Assembly: GCA_011911785.1 (NCBI GenBank)
Contig: GCA_011911785.1_4084.1
Origin: a phage
Direction: 5' to 3' (one strand)
DNA: 64,000 nt
The notes beneath the pieces are model-generated. The model saw only the letters and a program-made list of their open reading frames with translations, was not told the origin of the DNA and did no database searches. Position numbers and translations under genes: made by a program. This document shows, in pieces, positions 47,514 through 57,357 of the stretch (position 1 is its first letter; every line of letters starts with the position of its first letter).

Positions 47514-47936
47514 ATGAAGTATTATAAAATTCGTATCATTACCAGTTCAGGGGCATCAGCGTGGATTTTTTATGATCTTCCAGATTCATATACCATCGAT
47601 GATGTAAAAGATTTATACTACGAAGATAACAATTGGGTTTTTGATTTAGAATCCAAAAGTGTAGAGATTGATGAGATTACTGAACAAGAATACAAGATTG
47701 GCACACAAGCTATGAAGTACTTTGAACGTAATCTTAAAATGTTACAGGAAAATGTGTTCCCTGTAAAAGAATGGGCAATTCTCCTTGCTAATTCCAATAA
47801 ACCTGTTAGAATTGGTTATCCAAACTTTCATATGGTATATCGTATGAATGAAAATCGTGAATTGAGTTATCAATTTGATTACGATGCTGCTAAGTTTGGT
47901 GTTCTGAAATCGTTTGAAAAGGCATATCCAGTATGA
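47514..47936 (+). CDS. hypothetical protein (140 aa)
   Basis: ATG 47514 with GAGGA RBS; ORF-track start 47475 runs back over the promoter. Confidence 0.5.
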   Translation: MKYYKIRIITSSGASAWIFYDLPDSYTIDDVKDLYYEDNNWVFDLESKSVEIDEITEQEYKIGTQAMKYFERNLKMLQENVFPVKEWAILLANSNKPVRIGYPNFHMVYRMNENRELSYQFDYDAAKFGVLKSFEKAYPV

Positions 47937-48268
47937 GTAAAGATAGCAAAGAGTTTATGTTGCGTTGTACTTGTGGTGATAAAAATGAACATTGTGTTCA
48001 CATTGCACAATTTGACTTGACAGAAGAACACGGTGATGATAAACTTGGTCAATGTACAGTCAGTATGCGTTTGAATCCTTTTCTTAAATGGTACAAGCGT
48101 GTATGGGTTGCAGTGAAGTATGTTTTTGGTCGCAATGACTTTCATTACGTAGAAGCTGAAATTGATGTTGACATTCTTAAAGAAGTTGTGTTACAATTAG
48201 ATGATACACGAACTGATGAGGAAAAGAAAGACGCACGAAATAAACGTAGTGATGTGAAGGTTTTATGA
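47933..48268 (+). CDS. hypothetical protein (111 aa)
   Basis: ORF track; ATGA overlap. Confidence 0.5.
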   Translation: MSKDSKEFMLRCTCGDKNEHCVHIAQFDLTEEHGDDKLGQCTVSMRLNPFLKWYKRVWVAVKYVFGRNDFHYVEAEIDVDILKEVVLQLDDTRTDEEKKDARNKRSDVKVL

Positions 48269-48459
48269 ACGTCGAGTTGATTGAAAAAAAGTACTGTACA
48301 AATTGCAATACAGCGTATACAATACAAGGTATGTTAGTTTGTACAACATGTCAGGCAACAGAAACAGCAACATTTTTGGTTGATGACCGATTCAGTGATT
48401 TGAAACAATTCAAAGCTAATCGCAATCTCCGTAACTTTAGTGATATGAATAAGGAATGA
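48265..48459 (+). CDS. small zinc-ribbon protein (64 aa)
   Basis: CTNC...CTTC; ATGA overlap. Confidence 0.5.
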   Translation: MNVELIEKKYCTNCNTAYTIQGMLVCTTCQATETATFLVDDRFSDLKQFKANRNLRNFSDMNKE

Positions 48460-48893
48460 ATATGAATCTTGAACAAGTAATCCGTAACAACCCATTCTTC
48501 GCAGAAAACCCTTCTCGTGTAATTGAAGCGATTAAAGTTGAAGAGCTAATGATTACCGTCAAATATAAAGAAGAAGGTGATGAAATTAGTAGCGTAGTAT
48601 GTGCTCTTCGTGCACCTTTCCGTAAAGAAGCAGCTAAGAAACCAGCATATGTACTATCTATCTGCTTGGGTTGTGTAGTTAAACTGGTTGTTGATGAAAA
48701 TAGTTTCAACATCAAGGTTGCACCAACTAATGATGATGAGAATGTTGATCTCAACTTTGATGGTGGGTTGCCAGAAGAAGAATTCTTCCAACAGTCACTT
48801 GTTGTAGATTTCCGTTCAGTAACTTATGACCATATCAAACTAATCAATGAAATGGTTGATATCGTCGCTAAGTTCGAAGAAGAAACCGCATAA
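48456..48893 (+). CDS. EE-x-FQ-x-SL motif family protein (member 1)
   Basis: C-proximal PEEEFFQQSLVVDF motif shared with 10 other ORFs. Confidence 0.55.
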   Translation: MNMNLEQVIRNNPFFAENPSRVIEAIKVEELMITVKYKEEGDEISSVVCALRAPFRKEAAKKPAYVLSICLGCVVKLVVDENSFNIKVAPTNDDENVDLNFDGGLPEEEFFQQSLVVDFRSVTYDHIKLINEMVDIVAKFEEETA

Positions 48894-48906
48894 TATAAAA
48901 AGAAAT

Positions 48907-48935
48907 AAGGCTCTCAATCGGGAGCCTTATATTCA
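48907..48935 (+). terminator. putative intrinsic terminator
   Basis: AAGGCTC-(8 nt)-GAGCCTT hairpin followed by interrupted T-tract. Confidence 0.45.
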
Positions 48936-48970
48936 TTTGTTAAATAAGACAAAGTAAAGGAGTACTTAAT

Positions 48971-49522
48971 ATGATCGAACAAATTCAAAAATTCACGAAC
49001 CAAATTGTAAATTTCCTAGCAGATAAAGAAGGATTCAGTACTGAAGTTACACATCACGGTGTTAACCTTAACGTTACTGCACCAAGCGGTGATGTAACGT
49101 CATATGACATGTATGAGTTATTGCTTTATACAATGGCAGTACGCAAAATAGGTTCTGATATAGAGCTAAACATCAATACTGATGACAAAGGGAACAATAT
49201 TTTTGCTATTAATACGGATGCTAAACTTGATGTAATTGCAGAAATTCAAAAAATTAACGAGTCATTTATTAATTTCCAACATGATACGATACAATCCGTT
49301 TTTATTGGTCATCAAACATCTGAAAGTGTTTGCCCTTTTTGTGTAATGACTCTCTATAAGAATGGTAATTGGATGCGTCATGATTTGGCTAAAGCTGAAG
49401 TTCTTTATGCCATTACACATGGTATGAAACTTGAACTAGATGACAGTGCTTTTGTCTTTAAGAAACTAAGAAAATTAACACTAGATGTTCAGACTAAATT
49501 AAAAGAACTTAATGATAAATAA
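48971..49522 (+). CDS. hypothetical protein (183 aa)
   Basis: ORF track; AAGGAG RBS. Confidence 0.55.
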   Translation: MIEQIQKFTNQIVNFLADKEGFSTEVTHHGVNLNVTAPSGDVTSYDMYELLLYTMAVRKIGSDIELNINTDDKGNNIFAINTDAKLDVIAEIQKINESFINFQHDTIQSVFIGHQTSESVCPFCVMTLYKNGNWMRHDLAKAEVLYAITHGMKLELDDSAFVFKKLRKLTLDVQTKLKELNDK

Positions 49523-49633
49523 TTATGCCAGTAATGGCTAACATATTATTATGTTATTTTTCCTCCCTTCTATAATAAAATTAATTTATTATATTTTCCA
49601 TTTCTTATTGTACATTTTATATCTTTTCGTACT

Positions 49634-49656
49634 GCCCCTCCCAGGGGCATTTTTTA
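49634..49656 (+). terminator. intrinsic terminator-like hairpin in intergenic region
   Basis: GCCCCT-CCC-AGGGGC followed by ATTTTTTAT; lies 15 nt upstream of the next ATG. Confidence 0.5.
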
Positions 49657-49670
49657 TATTAGGATAAAGT

Positions 49671-50066
49671 ATGTTAGGTAGTAGAATAGGCAGCATCGTC
49701 ACAATTAAACTTTCTTATTATCTAAATGATTTTTCAAAGATCGATTTATCAAAATATCAGCAATCATCATTCTATTATGAATCATCTGAGCATAAATTTT
49801 CTATCAGCAAAGAACCGGTAAAACTAAAGTATCAGGGGGTTGCAGAAAAGAATGAATTCGTGTATGATTATGGTATGGACAAAATTGTATTCACTGAATA
49901 TACTAAGGGTACAAGACCTACATGGAAAGCGGATTATCATAGAAAATCATTCATCAATATACATAAGTATCTTGACGAAGAGCATTACTTTCAACAGTTG
50001 CTTTTGGAGGATTTACCATTCACTATTGATGATCTAAAAACATTATTTAAGTACTATGCGATATAG
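49671..50066 (+). CDS. EE-x-FQ-x-SL motif family protein (member 2)
   Basis: DEEHYFQQLLLEDL motif; AGGA RBS. Confidence 0.55.
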   Translation: MLGSRIGSIVTIKLSYYLNDFSKIDLSKYQQSSFYYESSEHKFSISKEPVKLKYQGVAEKNEFVYDYGMDKIVFTEYTKGTRPTWKADYHRKSFINIHKYLDEEHYFQQLLLEDLPFTIDDLKTLFKYYAI

Positions 50067-50083
50067 TACTAAAGGAGATACAT

Positions 50084-50518
50084 ATGATTATATCATTCAA
50101 AAAAGTACTAAAATATTTCCAAAATAATAAACTTAAAGATATGAAAGTACGTGTCAATTTCTTTGCTAAAAGTGTGTGGTTTTGTACAGAGGATGAAATT
50201 AAGGTTAATGTAAGATTAACTGATTCATATGAAATAATTCGCCTGTACGCAACCATTGATGGTGTGGATACCAAGATATCATACATTTCAACGAGTGGTA
50301 CGTTGATCATGAGTACGCGAGAAAATGAAACTGATACATTCAATGAAATTAAGATAGAAAACATCCATGAAATCACATCTGAAGAGATACTATTTCAACG
50401 TTCACTTGTTGACAATGTACTAGATTTAACATATGATAATATCATACTAATTCACAAACTGCATGATGAGGCAAAAGCGTTTGCTCTAACCAAATTCGGA
50501 GAATTGGATGATAAGTGA
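50084..50518 (+). CDS. EE-x-FQ-x-SL motif family protein (member 3)
   Basis: SEEILFQRSLVDNV motif; AAGGAG RBS. Confidence 0.55.
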   Translation: MIISFKKVLKYFQNNKLKDMKVRVNFFAKSVWFCTEDEIKVNVRLTDSYEIIRLYATIDGVDTKISYISTSGTLIMSTRENETDTFNEIKIENIHEITSEEILFQRSLVDNVLDLTYDNIILIHKLHDEAKAFALTKFGELDDK

Positions 50519-50933
50519 CCTGTTGAATATTGATATCACTAAACTAAAAATTACCGATTGTGGTATGTGTGTCAATGATAAACGTAAGATTGATTATGCT
50601 ATACTTACTGATGGCAATAAATCTCTTTGGTATGATAAATCTGTAGGAATTCAATTTAGACATAGTTCTAGTACTGAAAAGTATTCAGAGACATTAGATT
50701 ACATAAGTAATGGTAGTATTATCTATGTAAAATATTCAGAATCTGGAAAAATTACAAATACCATTACATTCAATGAAAAGAAGTACTCTGAAGAAGAATT
50801 CTTTATGGTTAGTACTTTGTATGATTTTGGGTGTATCAGGTACTGTGATTATGTTAAAACATTGGACATTTCCAATAAGATCTATTCAATACTTGAGCAA
50901 TATGAAAAGGAGATTGTAGATGACAGTAAGTAA
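50508..50933 (+). CDS. EE-x-FQ-x-SL motif family protein (member 4, FM variant)
   Basis: SEEEFFMVSTLYDF motif; GGAG RBS. Confidence 0.5.
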   Translation: MISDLLNIDITKLKITDCGMCVNDKRKIDYAILTDGNKSLWYDKSVGIQFRHSSSTEKYSETLDYISNGSIIYVKYSESGKITNTITFNEKKYSEEEFFMVSTLYDFGCIRYCDYVKTLDISNKIYSILEQYEKEIVDDSK

Positions 50934-51330
50934 ATGTTACATTATCATTCGTGAAGACTTAGATATGCCAGTTGGGAAGCTTGCTGCTCAGGCGGGTCAT
51001 GCGGTTGATTCTATCTGGTCCACGATTACCGTTGCTGGTACATCAATTCGTGGTTGTAATGCTGTTGGTGAGAACCCAAGAGATGAAGATGAAAAGATCC
51101 TGAACGATTTCAGTACTTGGGTACAGGACGGTCGTCGCAAGATTATCTTAAAGGCTAAATCTGAAGAACAGATGCTTAATCTATTCGATAAAGTGAAAGC
51201 TGAAGGATTCACTGCAACTAAGATTCATGATTATGGATTCAACCATTTTGATGGTCTAACATTAACTGGATTCGTTGTGTTCCCGTGCACTGACGAAGTT
51301 AAAGCATTGAAAAGGGTAAGATTATGGTAG
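50920..51330 (+). CDS. peptidyl-tRNA hydrolase, PTH2 family
   Basis: KCYIIIREDLDMPVGKLAAQAGHAV matches the PTH2 signature (K.V.VVR.DL.M..GK.AAQ..HA); C-terminal block KIILKAKSEEQMLNL...TGFVVFP; AAGGAG RBS. Confidence 0.7.
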   Translation: MTVSKCYIIIREDLDMPVGKLAAQAGHAVDSIWSTITVAGTSIRGCNAVGENPRDEDEKILNDFSTWVQDGRRKIILKAKSEEQMLNLFDKVKAEGFTATKIHDYGFNHFDGLTLTGFVVFPCTDEVKALKRVRLW

Positions 51331-51704
51331 ATGAATTGGATAGAAAAATTGATGCTTTGTATAAATCAATTGAAACCAATGAGGTTACTGTATATTATGG
51401 GAGACAGAGTGTACAACAATCAAATTCATGTTTACGTTTAACCATAACCTTAGATTCAAGAGATAATCCATATACTTGTGTTTTCAAAGAAAGAAACACA
51501 ATTGAATGGATTGGTTGGTATATAGATGACCGTCTTTCATACCTTTATGATTTTGAAAATTATGATGGTTCAGAAGTTTACTTGAATTCAACTGAAGAAG
51601 AATTATTTCAACTATCATTAATTGAAAAACATGTAATGTCATATGACAATTTACAAAAAATCAAGTCAATAATGAATTATGCTCTATCTAAGGTAAAGCA
51701 ATGA
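51324..51704 (+). CDS. EE-x-FQ-x-SL motif family protein (member 5)
   Basis: TEEELFQLSLIEKH motif. Confidence 0.55.
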   Translation: MVDELDRKIDALYKSIETNEVTVYYGRQSVQQSNSCLRLTITLDSRDNPYTCVFKERNTIEWIGWYIDDRLSYLYDFENYDGSEVYLNSTEEELFQLSLIEKHVMSYDNLQKIKSIMNYALSKVKQ

Positions 51705-52141
51705 ACATTAAATTAGTTAAAAAATATATCAGTACTTTTAATAAAATTAAATTTATCAACGATGGTTTGACTGATCCTGAAGAACAAATTAAAAATACCA
51801 CATACGTAGGTCAGAATTGCTTTAAGATTATTATTGAAAATAATGTATTATCATTATCAGTTAATAATCTGGTATATGGTGATCAGATGTATATCGTGCA
51901 CAATGTTAATAACAATAACTTAGAAATTATGCTTCGTGATGATAATGTTATCAAAATATATCAGGTACAAAATGTAAGTGAATGCACTACTGAAGAGGGG
52001 TATTTCCAGGAATCACTGGTTCAAACATTTAATATTGATTTCAAGGATTTAAAATATCTCATGAGTACGCTAACAAAAATGCGTTCAGCTATCTTTAACA
52101 TCTTTTTTATTGATGAACAGCGACAAATGGATGTAAAATGA
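51701..52141 (+). CDS. EE-x-FQ-x-SL motif family protein (member 6)
   Basis: TEEGYFQESLVQTF motif; ATGA overlap. Confidence 0.55.
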   Translation: MNIKLVKKYISTFNKIKFINDGLTDPEEQIKNTTYVGQNCFKIIIENNVLSLSVNNLVYGDQMYIVHNVNNNNLEIMLRDDNVIKIYQVQNVSECTTEEGYFQESLVQTFNIDFKDLKYLMSTLTKMRSAIFNIFFIDEQRQMDVK

Positions 52142-52560
52142 ACCCAAGAGATTGTTTTGATTTGTTAAAGGGAATGCCTATAGATTCACTAGTACCTGAT
52201 AATAGGTTTGAGCACAATCTTGATTTTCATGGTGAAAATTACAATGTATATATAAGCTACAGTGATGATGAGAGTGAAGAACTAACATTTGTGTTCATTT
52301 ATAATGTTTTTGAAGGTGATAAGTTGTTGGATGTTGAAATTGCATCATATACTGTCACAAATCAATACGTTATCGAAGATGAACTTCGCAACAAATTTGA
52401 TATAACACTGTACAGTACTGAAGAAGAGTTGTTTCAGTTAAGTACTATCAGTGATGTGTGCACAACCGTCGAAGAGTTAGCAGACGTTAAGAAAATCATT
52501 GACACTGTGTACAACAAGATATACAATACATTCCATATTGAGAAACAATTGAAAGGGTAA
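52138..52560 (+). CDS. EE-x-FQ-x-SL motif family protein (member 7)
   Basis: TEEELFQLSTISDV motif; ATGA overlap. Confidence 0.55.
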   Translation: MNPRDCFDLLKGMPIDSLVPDNRFEHNLDFHGENYNVYISYSDDESEELTFVFIYNVFEGDKLLDVEIASYTVTNQYVIEDELRNKFDITLYSTEEELFQLSTISDVCTTVEELADVKKIIDTVYNKIYNTFHIEKQLKG

Positions 52561-52564
52561 CACA

Positions 52565-52825
52565 GTGACTACAGTAGTTCGTAAACGCCACATGATGAAC
52601 ATGGATGAATTCCGTACATTTGACAAATATCGCACTATGTTTCGTATGCTGACACAGGGGCGTCCAATTGTCATTGTAACAGAAAATTACATGTCACCTG
52701 AAATCATGTTTGGTAATTATGAAAAGGTTTTCATGTTGTATGTGAAGCGTGGATTATTAACTATCAAGACCTTAGCAGAAGCAACTGATGAAGACATGGA
52801 TGGTGATAACACGTTTACCATGTGA
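52565..52825 (+). CDS. hypothetical protein (86 aa)
   Basis: ORF track; GTG start with AAGGG RBS. Confidence 0.4.
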   Translation: MTTVVRKRHMMNMDEFRTFDKYRTMFRMLTQGRPIVIVTENYMSPEIMFGNYEKVFMLYVKRGLLTIKTLAEATDEDMDGDNTFTM

Positions 52826-52901
52826 GGAACTATGAGCGAAAAACCAAAAGAACCATTAGACCGTGATGATGATTACTACGACGAACGTTATGGTGATAAA
52901 G

Positions 52902-53153
52902 ATGAGTGAACATAGTGCAGTGCTAAAAAAGATTTTAAATGATCTGGGTAGTGAAATTGAAGTTTCAGACGAAGAATATGAATTTTGGAAAAAGGATTTT
53001 GAACAACTGTCCGAGAGTGATAAAGTGTTCAATATGATTGGTGTTGTCAGTCAGTACTTACTCGGTGGTGGTCGTGCTAGTGCTTCAATCCTTGCATCGG
53101 CAATCATCTGTACTGCCCGATGGTGTCAAGAAAAAAGTATTGACGATTTCTAA
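52902..53153 (+). CDS. hypothetical protein (83 aa)
   Basis: ATG 52902 in frame with ORF-track 52863-53153; a 25-codon ORF (52832-52909) with GAGGAA RBS precedes and overlaps it. Confidence 0.4.
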   Translation: MSEHSAVLKKILNDLGSEIEVSDEEYEFWKKDFEQLSESDKVFNMIGVVSQYLLGGGRASASILASAIICTARWCQEKSIDDF

Positions 53154-53211
53154 ATTAGGAGATATAATGTTTGTATCAGAGAGAAAGAATGTATAAGGAA
53201 TTATATTTTGC

Positions 53212-53240
53212 TTGACAATGGAGCAATAATATTATACAAT
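53212..53240 (+). promoter_or_regulatory. sigma70-like promoter (TTGACA-N17-TACAAT)
   Basis: TTGACA at 53212-17 and TACAAT at 53235-40; no ORF of 60 aa or more follows before the terminator. Confidence 0.5.
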
Positions 53241-53246
53241 TAATCA

Positions 53247-53428
53247 ATCTTATACAACGAGGAAACTCCAATTGAAATATGTAATACTCCTTATTCCAGT
53301 GGGGTCATTCCGTGAAATTCTACCTACTGATGTACTGGATGGTCTTAAAAAGAGAAATCCACATAAGTTTTAAATAGTATTAAAAAGGACAATACTGGGC
53401 GAATATTCGTCCAGTATTTTATTTTATA
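53247..53428 (+). ncRNA. candidate small non-coding RNA or structured leader (promoter-to-terminator unit without ORF)
   Basis: About 180-nt segment between promoter 53212-53240 and terminator 53391-53428, containing only tiny ORFs. Confidence 0.3.
53391..53428 (+). terminator. intrinsic terminator
   Basis: AATACTGGGCGAAT/ATTCGTCCAGTATT long hairpin followed by TTATTTT. Confidence 0.65.
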
Positions 53429-53439
53429 AAGGATTATAG

Positions 53440-54300
53440 ATGGAACCGATACGTGTACTATCTTTGTTCAATGGGATGAGTGTAGGATATATTGCATTAC
53501 AAAATGCTGGTATAGCAGTTGATAAGTACTACTCATCTGAAATTGACAAATTTGCTATAGCTGAATCCCAGGCTAACTTTCCTGATATCATCCAATTGGG
53601 TGATGTAACCAAATGGAAGGAATGGGATATCGAATGGGACAAGATAGATCTACTGATGGGGGGTTTCCCTTGCCAAGCATGGTCAGTGGCGGGTAAACAA
53701 GGTGGATTAACTGATATCCGTGGTCAACTATTTCTGGTTATGGTTGATATATTCAATCATATTAAAAGTTTAAATCCTAACTTGAAATTCTTATTCGAGA
53801 ATGTTAAGATGAAGGAAGATTTCAAGGAATATATCAATGGTATATTGCAACTAACCCCAGTACTGATAAACTCCCAGCATTACACGCCTCACTTCAGGCA
53901 ACGTTACTACTGGTACAGTACTGATAAGTTATTCATACCACCTGCAATATCCAAAGCCCCAAAGCTTCAAGATATACTTGATGATGGTTGGTACACAGAC
54001 AGAACCGCTTCGTACTGTATTGATGCCAATTACTTCAAGGGTGGAGATCCGAATCAGTACTTCAATAAGTCAAGAAGACAAATCGTTTTCAAAGACCCTG
54101 ATATCAACAGGAACTTCCTGATTGAGAAGGGTAAACGAAATGTGGACTATCGACATTTGACAGTGCAAGAGTGTTGCATTTTACAGGGAGTTGATGTAAA
54201 CTATTTCAAAGTGTCAAGTAACACACAAGCGTACAAAATGCTTGGTAATGGCTGGACAGCACCTGTTATAGAACATTTACTTCGTGATATATTCTTTTAA
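53440..54300 (+). CDS. DNA (cytosine-5)-methyltransferase
   Basis: Motif I LSLFNGMSVG, motif IV catalytic GFPCQAWSVAG, motif VI FLFENVKMK, C-terminal LGNGWTAPV; 286 aa. Confidence 0.85.
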   Translation: MEPIRVLSLFNGMSVGYIALQNAGIAVDKYYSSEIDKFAIAESQANFPDIIQLGDVTKWKEWDIEWDKIDLLMGGFPCQAWSVAGKQGGLTDIRGQLFLVMVDIFNHIKSLNPNLKFLFENVKMKEDFKEYINGILQLTPVLINSQHYTPHFRQRYYWYSTDKLFIPPAISKAPKLQDILDDGWYTDRTASYCIDANYFKGGDPNQYFNKSRRQIVFKDPDINRNFLIEKGKRNVDYRHLTVQECCILQGVDVNYFKVSSNTQAYKMLGNGWTAPVIEHLLRDIFF

Positions 54301-54315
54301 CCATTAGAGGCACAA

Positions 54316-55700
<1,385 letters not shown>

Positions 55701-55704
<4 letters not shown>

Positions 55705-56144
55705 CAGTACTGCACCAATTAAAGAAAGTTAAACATCCGGTAGTTTATAATGATTGGCTACGCCAGAAGGAGATGGGGGACTTTTACTACCCAAAGTCTA
55801 AAGTACTGGCAACGTCAAAAACTATATACCTGAAATATAACGATGAAGATTGTTTGTGTATTCAAATGGGATTCCATCCTAAAGTTGGATTGTTTACATC
55901 AAATCAAACATTTTATAAATTTAGAATTCAAAAAGATACATTTAGTATTCACATTGAAAAGCATGACGTAGAAGATACAATATATCGTGTGGAAAGTGAG
56001 CCTTTGAATCTTGTTGGGATTCCGTACAATAATTTAGAAGAAATGTACTTTCAGCAGTTGACAATACAAGAAGACTTTGGTATGATAGGACTTCAAGAGT
56101 TAGAGATGATTAAACAAATTCGTGATATCTACTTTAAGGAGTAA
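55701..56144 (+). CDS. EE-x-FQ-x-SL motif family protein (member 9)
   Basis: LEEMYFQQLTIQED motif; ATGA overlap; ORF-track start 55689 is a TTG. Confidence 0.55.
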
Positions 56145-56146
56145 TT

Positions 56147-56290
56147 ATGCCAGTGCGTAACAGTACATCACGCTTTACACTTCAACAGAAAGCAGATCTT
56201 CTGAATATGGCTAATAAAGATTCTAATTTTTACTATCTAGTACTTGGTGGTTCAGTTGAAAAGATTGATCTACGCGAGTGTATGAAATAA
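56147..56290 (+). CDS. small ORF (47 aa)
   Basis: Strong AAGGAG RBS 5 nt upstream of ATG; below ORF-track cutoff. Confidence 0.45.
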   Translation: MPVRNSTSRFTLQQKADLLNMANKDSNFYYLVLGGSVEKIDLRECMK

Positions 56291-56302
56291 TAAGGGGACA
56301 AC

Positions 56303-56473
56303 ATGAGTCTGAGTGAATCCTGGAAACAGTTCAAAGAAGAGATTGGTTATCGTGGTGTATCGATTGAACCAATCAATCGTACTGAAAGCATTAAGGCCAG
56401 TACTAACGGTACTACCTATGACCGATATGACCCACGATACGGGTTACATGAAGAAGTCAAAAAAGAAGATTGA
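56303..56473 (+). CDS. small ORF (56 aa)
   Basis: AAGGGG RBS upstream of ATG; ends just before terminator 56482-56511; below ORF-track cutoff. Confidence 0.45.
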   Translation: MSLSESWKQFKEEIGYRGVSIEPINRTESIKASTNGTTYDRYDPRYGLHEEVKKED

Positions 56474-56481
56474 CAATATAT

Positions 56482-56511
56482 CGAGAGTGTGTGATAATAC
56501 TCTCGTCTTTT
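56482..56511 (+). terminator. intrinsic terminator
   Basis: CGAGAGT-(10 nt)-ACTCTCG hairpin followed by TCTTTT. Confidence 0.6.
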
Positions 56512-56536
56512 AATTAAACAAAAAGGTAAAATAAAA

Positions 56537-57103
56537 ATGGCTGGATGTGAAAAGATTTGTGAATACAGTGATGAATACATTGGACATGAAATGTATCACC
56601 ATAAACGTAACCATATTCAAGTACTATCTAAGCACAGAAAACATTTCCGTGGTAAAGAGGCAACTCTTTTTGTTTTTGAAAATGGTTTGAAAGAAGTTTG
56701 GAAATCAGGTGGTCAATCCGACGCATCATTGGAATGTGTGAATCCAAATCCAACAGAAGAGAATTGGGATAATTATGAATACTTCCGCATGTTTAAACGT
56801 ACACCGTGGGGTAAATCCGAATGCTATGCTGTGTTTTTTGAAAACCTCGATGAATACAAAGCTGCACTGAAACAGTTCCAGCAACGACTGGTAATGGAAT
56901 ATGCATATTACCTGTACGTACCAGATGTACCAGGTAAAGTCGGTGGTATGTATCTTAACTTCTCAACTGATCTGAGTGCAGTTAAGCGTCGTTTGCGTCG
57001 TCTGGTAGGCACACGCAATCTTAAAATCAAATACATGAAAGGTGATTTCTGCGATTTCTATAATGAACAGAAATTGGTTAGAATCGGTTCAGAGGACATG
57101 TAA
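56537..57103 (+). CDS. hypothetical protein (188 aa)
   Basis: ORF track; AAAGG RBS. Confidence 0.55.
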   Translation: MAGCEKICEYSDEYIGHEMYHHKRNHIQVLSKHRKHFRGKEATLFVFENGLKEVWKSGGQSDASLECVNPNPTEENWDNYEYFRMFKRTPWGKSECYAVFFENLDEYKAALKQFQQRLVMEYAYYLYVPDVPGKVGGMYLNFSTDLSAVKRRLRRLVGTRNLKIKYMKGDFCDFYNEQKLVRIGSEDM

Positions 57104-57357
57104 TGGAACATCTTAAAACTATATGGGAACAAGTGAAAATCATCGTTGAATGTGTGGTATTCGCTCTTATGTCCTTAATCACAATTGTAGTTGCTTTGAT
57201 TCCATCCATCATTTATCAATATAATGGTGGAACTAACACTGATATTGACTTAGCATTGCGTATATTAGGTTTTGTGATTTGGCTCCTATTTGTTGTTTGG
57301 GTGATGAACCGCAAAAGTCCATATGAGCAAGATGAGAAATCGGATAATGAGTATTGA
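57103..57357 (+). CDS. small membrane protein (84 aa)
   Basis: ORF track; TAATG overlap; two hydrophobic helices. Confidence 0.5.
   Translation: MEHLKTIWEQVKIIVECVVFALMSLITIVVALIPSIIYQYNGGTNTDIDLALRILGFVIWLLFVVWVMNRKSPYEQDEKSDNEY

Noticed and set aside
47350-47526. Hydrophobic 58-codon + ORF starting at 47350 and minus ORF 47108-47419
   Set aside because: A perfect TTGACA-N17-TATAAT promoter (47363-47391) lies inside this interval; the interval is more likely the promoter/leader of gene 47514-47936 than coding.
56313-56513. ORF-track entry 56313-56513 (66 aa)
   Set aside because: Runs through the intrinsic terminator at 56482-56511 and lacks an RBS; the overlapping frame 56303-56473 has an AAGGGG RBS and ends before the terminator.
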